From the IMG/VR virus record IMGVR_UViG_3300021090_001018, positions 3,361-67,360 of that record: a stretch of 64,000 nucleotides of DNA. One strand, 5' to 3'. This document shows positions 63,214 to 64,000 of this stretch, piece by piece. The notes below the pieces were generated by a model, which searched no databases, was not told the origin of the DNA, and saw only the letters and a list, made by a program, of their open reading frames with translations. Numbering within the stretch: position 1 is the first letter of the stretch; each line of letters starts with the position of its first letter. Made by a program: the position numbers and the translations under genes. This DNA comes from a virus.

Positions 63214-63563
63214 GAGGAGGTGCAGGTCTCATCCACCTCGACAGCCACCAGCTCAGGAAGATTGGGATGGATCTTCTCAAAGATCCACCTCGCCAATTCC
63301 TCACTGGTGGGGTTCATAAGTCCCGTTGTGGCATTCAAGTGATAGTGATCGAGGTAATCCTCCACCAGAGGCCTGACCACCCGAGAGATGTCACCATAGT
63401 CGCGAAGCATCCCCGCCTGAGGACCCTCAGAGAAGAGATCTTTCCCCCTAAGAACGACTCTCATCAACCAACTATGACCGTGAAGGCGCCGACATCTCCC
63501 TGGATGAGAGGGAAGCACGTGAGAAGCCTCGAACCTAAATTCTTTGGTCAACGTAAATGGCAC
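63195..63563 (-). CDS. queD: 6-carboxytetrahydropterin synthase
   Basis: FEASH.L, C.RLHGHSW, LDH..LN, PTSE, ET. Confidence 0.95.
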   Translation of the reverse strand: MPFTLTKEFRFEASHVLPSHPGRCRRLHGHSWLMRVVLRGKDLFSEGPQAGMLRDYGDISRVVRPLVEDYLDHYHLNATTGLMNPTSEELARWIFEKIHPNLPELVAVEVDETCTSSCHYEL

Positions 63564-63591
63564 TGTATCCTATTATCTGCCCTGCCAGAGG

Positions 63592-63621
63592 AAACCGCGG
63601 TCGGAAACCCCAACCGCGGTC
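63592..63621 (-). terminator. Hairpin after the basic-protein gene
   Basis: ACCGCGGTTGG-GGTTT-CCGACCGCGGT followed by a short T run on the - strand. Confidence 0.45.
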
Positions 63622-63643
63622 CACGAAAACATGGGGCCGTTAC

Positions 63644-64000
63644 CTACGCCTTACCTTTGGCGACCTTGGCCTTCTTCGGAGCGATGCGATATTGAACCAG
63701 GCGCTGGTGGGAGAAGACTTCCTCCTCGGCCGCATAGTAAAGGCGGCCGCGGGCCTGGTCGAGGGTGACCCCGGCCTTCTTCGCGATCTCTTCCTCAGTC
63801 ATCCAATCTTCGCCCACCACCGCGTTCACCTTCGCGGAGAGGGAACCCACTCGGCAGCCGTATTCATCCCGGGCGGCCTTCACGGGAGCCTTGGCCTTCA
63901 CGGGAGCCTTGGCCTTCACGGGAGCCTTGGCCTTCACGGGAGCCTTGGCCTTGGTCTTGGTGGACTCACCTTCGGCAGTCTTGGTCTTGGTGGACTCACC
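63644..64000 (-). CDS. Histone-like Lys/Ala/Pro-repeat protein with C-terminal HTH (5' end outside window)
   Basis: Frame open to base 64000: GESTKTK x2, (KAPVKA)x4, then MTEEEIAKKAGVTLDQARGRL. Confidence 0.7.
   Translation of the reverse strand, partial: GESTKTKTAEGESTKTKAKAPVKAKAPVKAKAPVKAKAPVKAARDEYGCRVGSLSAKVNAVVGEDWMTEEEIAKKAGVTLDQARGRLYYAAEEEVFSHQRLVQYRIAPKKAKVAKGKA
63875..63946. repeat. 4 x 18-bp perfect tandem repeat
   Basis: GGCCTTCACGGGAGCCTT. Confidence 0.95.

Noticed and set aside
1-64000. tRNA, rRNA, integrase/att sites, replicative DnaB helicase, endolysin
   Set aside because: None recognised by eye; they may lie outside the window, and tRNAscan/HMM searches are needed to be sure

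Overview
The window is 64 kb of a tailed dsDNA phage (siphovirus-like), cut inside genes at both edges; no integrase, tRNA or CRISPR array was seen. Layout: (i) 1-8.4 kb, a divergent control region, then a + strand operon with a sigma70-region-2 protein, SNF2 helicase, primase and a split Rad50/Mre11 (SbcCD); (ii) 8.4-43.2 kb, - strand morphogenesis genes from terminase to tail tip, with a glycosyl/methyltransferase block among the head genes; (iii) 43-64 kb, - strand early, replication and recombination genes plus a 7-deazaguanine DNA-modification set (folE, queD, queE, queC, queF, dpdA-like). Most unusual: (1) an intein in the MuF head protein whose opposite strand encodes a codon-aligned HTH + DUF559/Vsr-like nuclease ORF, with its own leaderless sigma70-like promoter inside the intein; (2) a punctuated non-coding (GGY-NN)n pentamer array between two promoter-like motifs; (3) three sigma54-type promoters with IHF-like sites and enhancer-like palindromes, two divergent and one in a 292-bp inverted duplication 46 kb away; (4) a small Sm-like gene coupled to a 34x GGTCNN array; (5) a recurrent AGATAA(T/C)A motif before many start codons. 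All family calls come from motif recognition by eye, not database searches.
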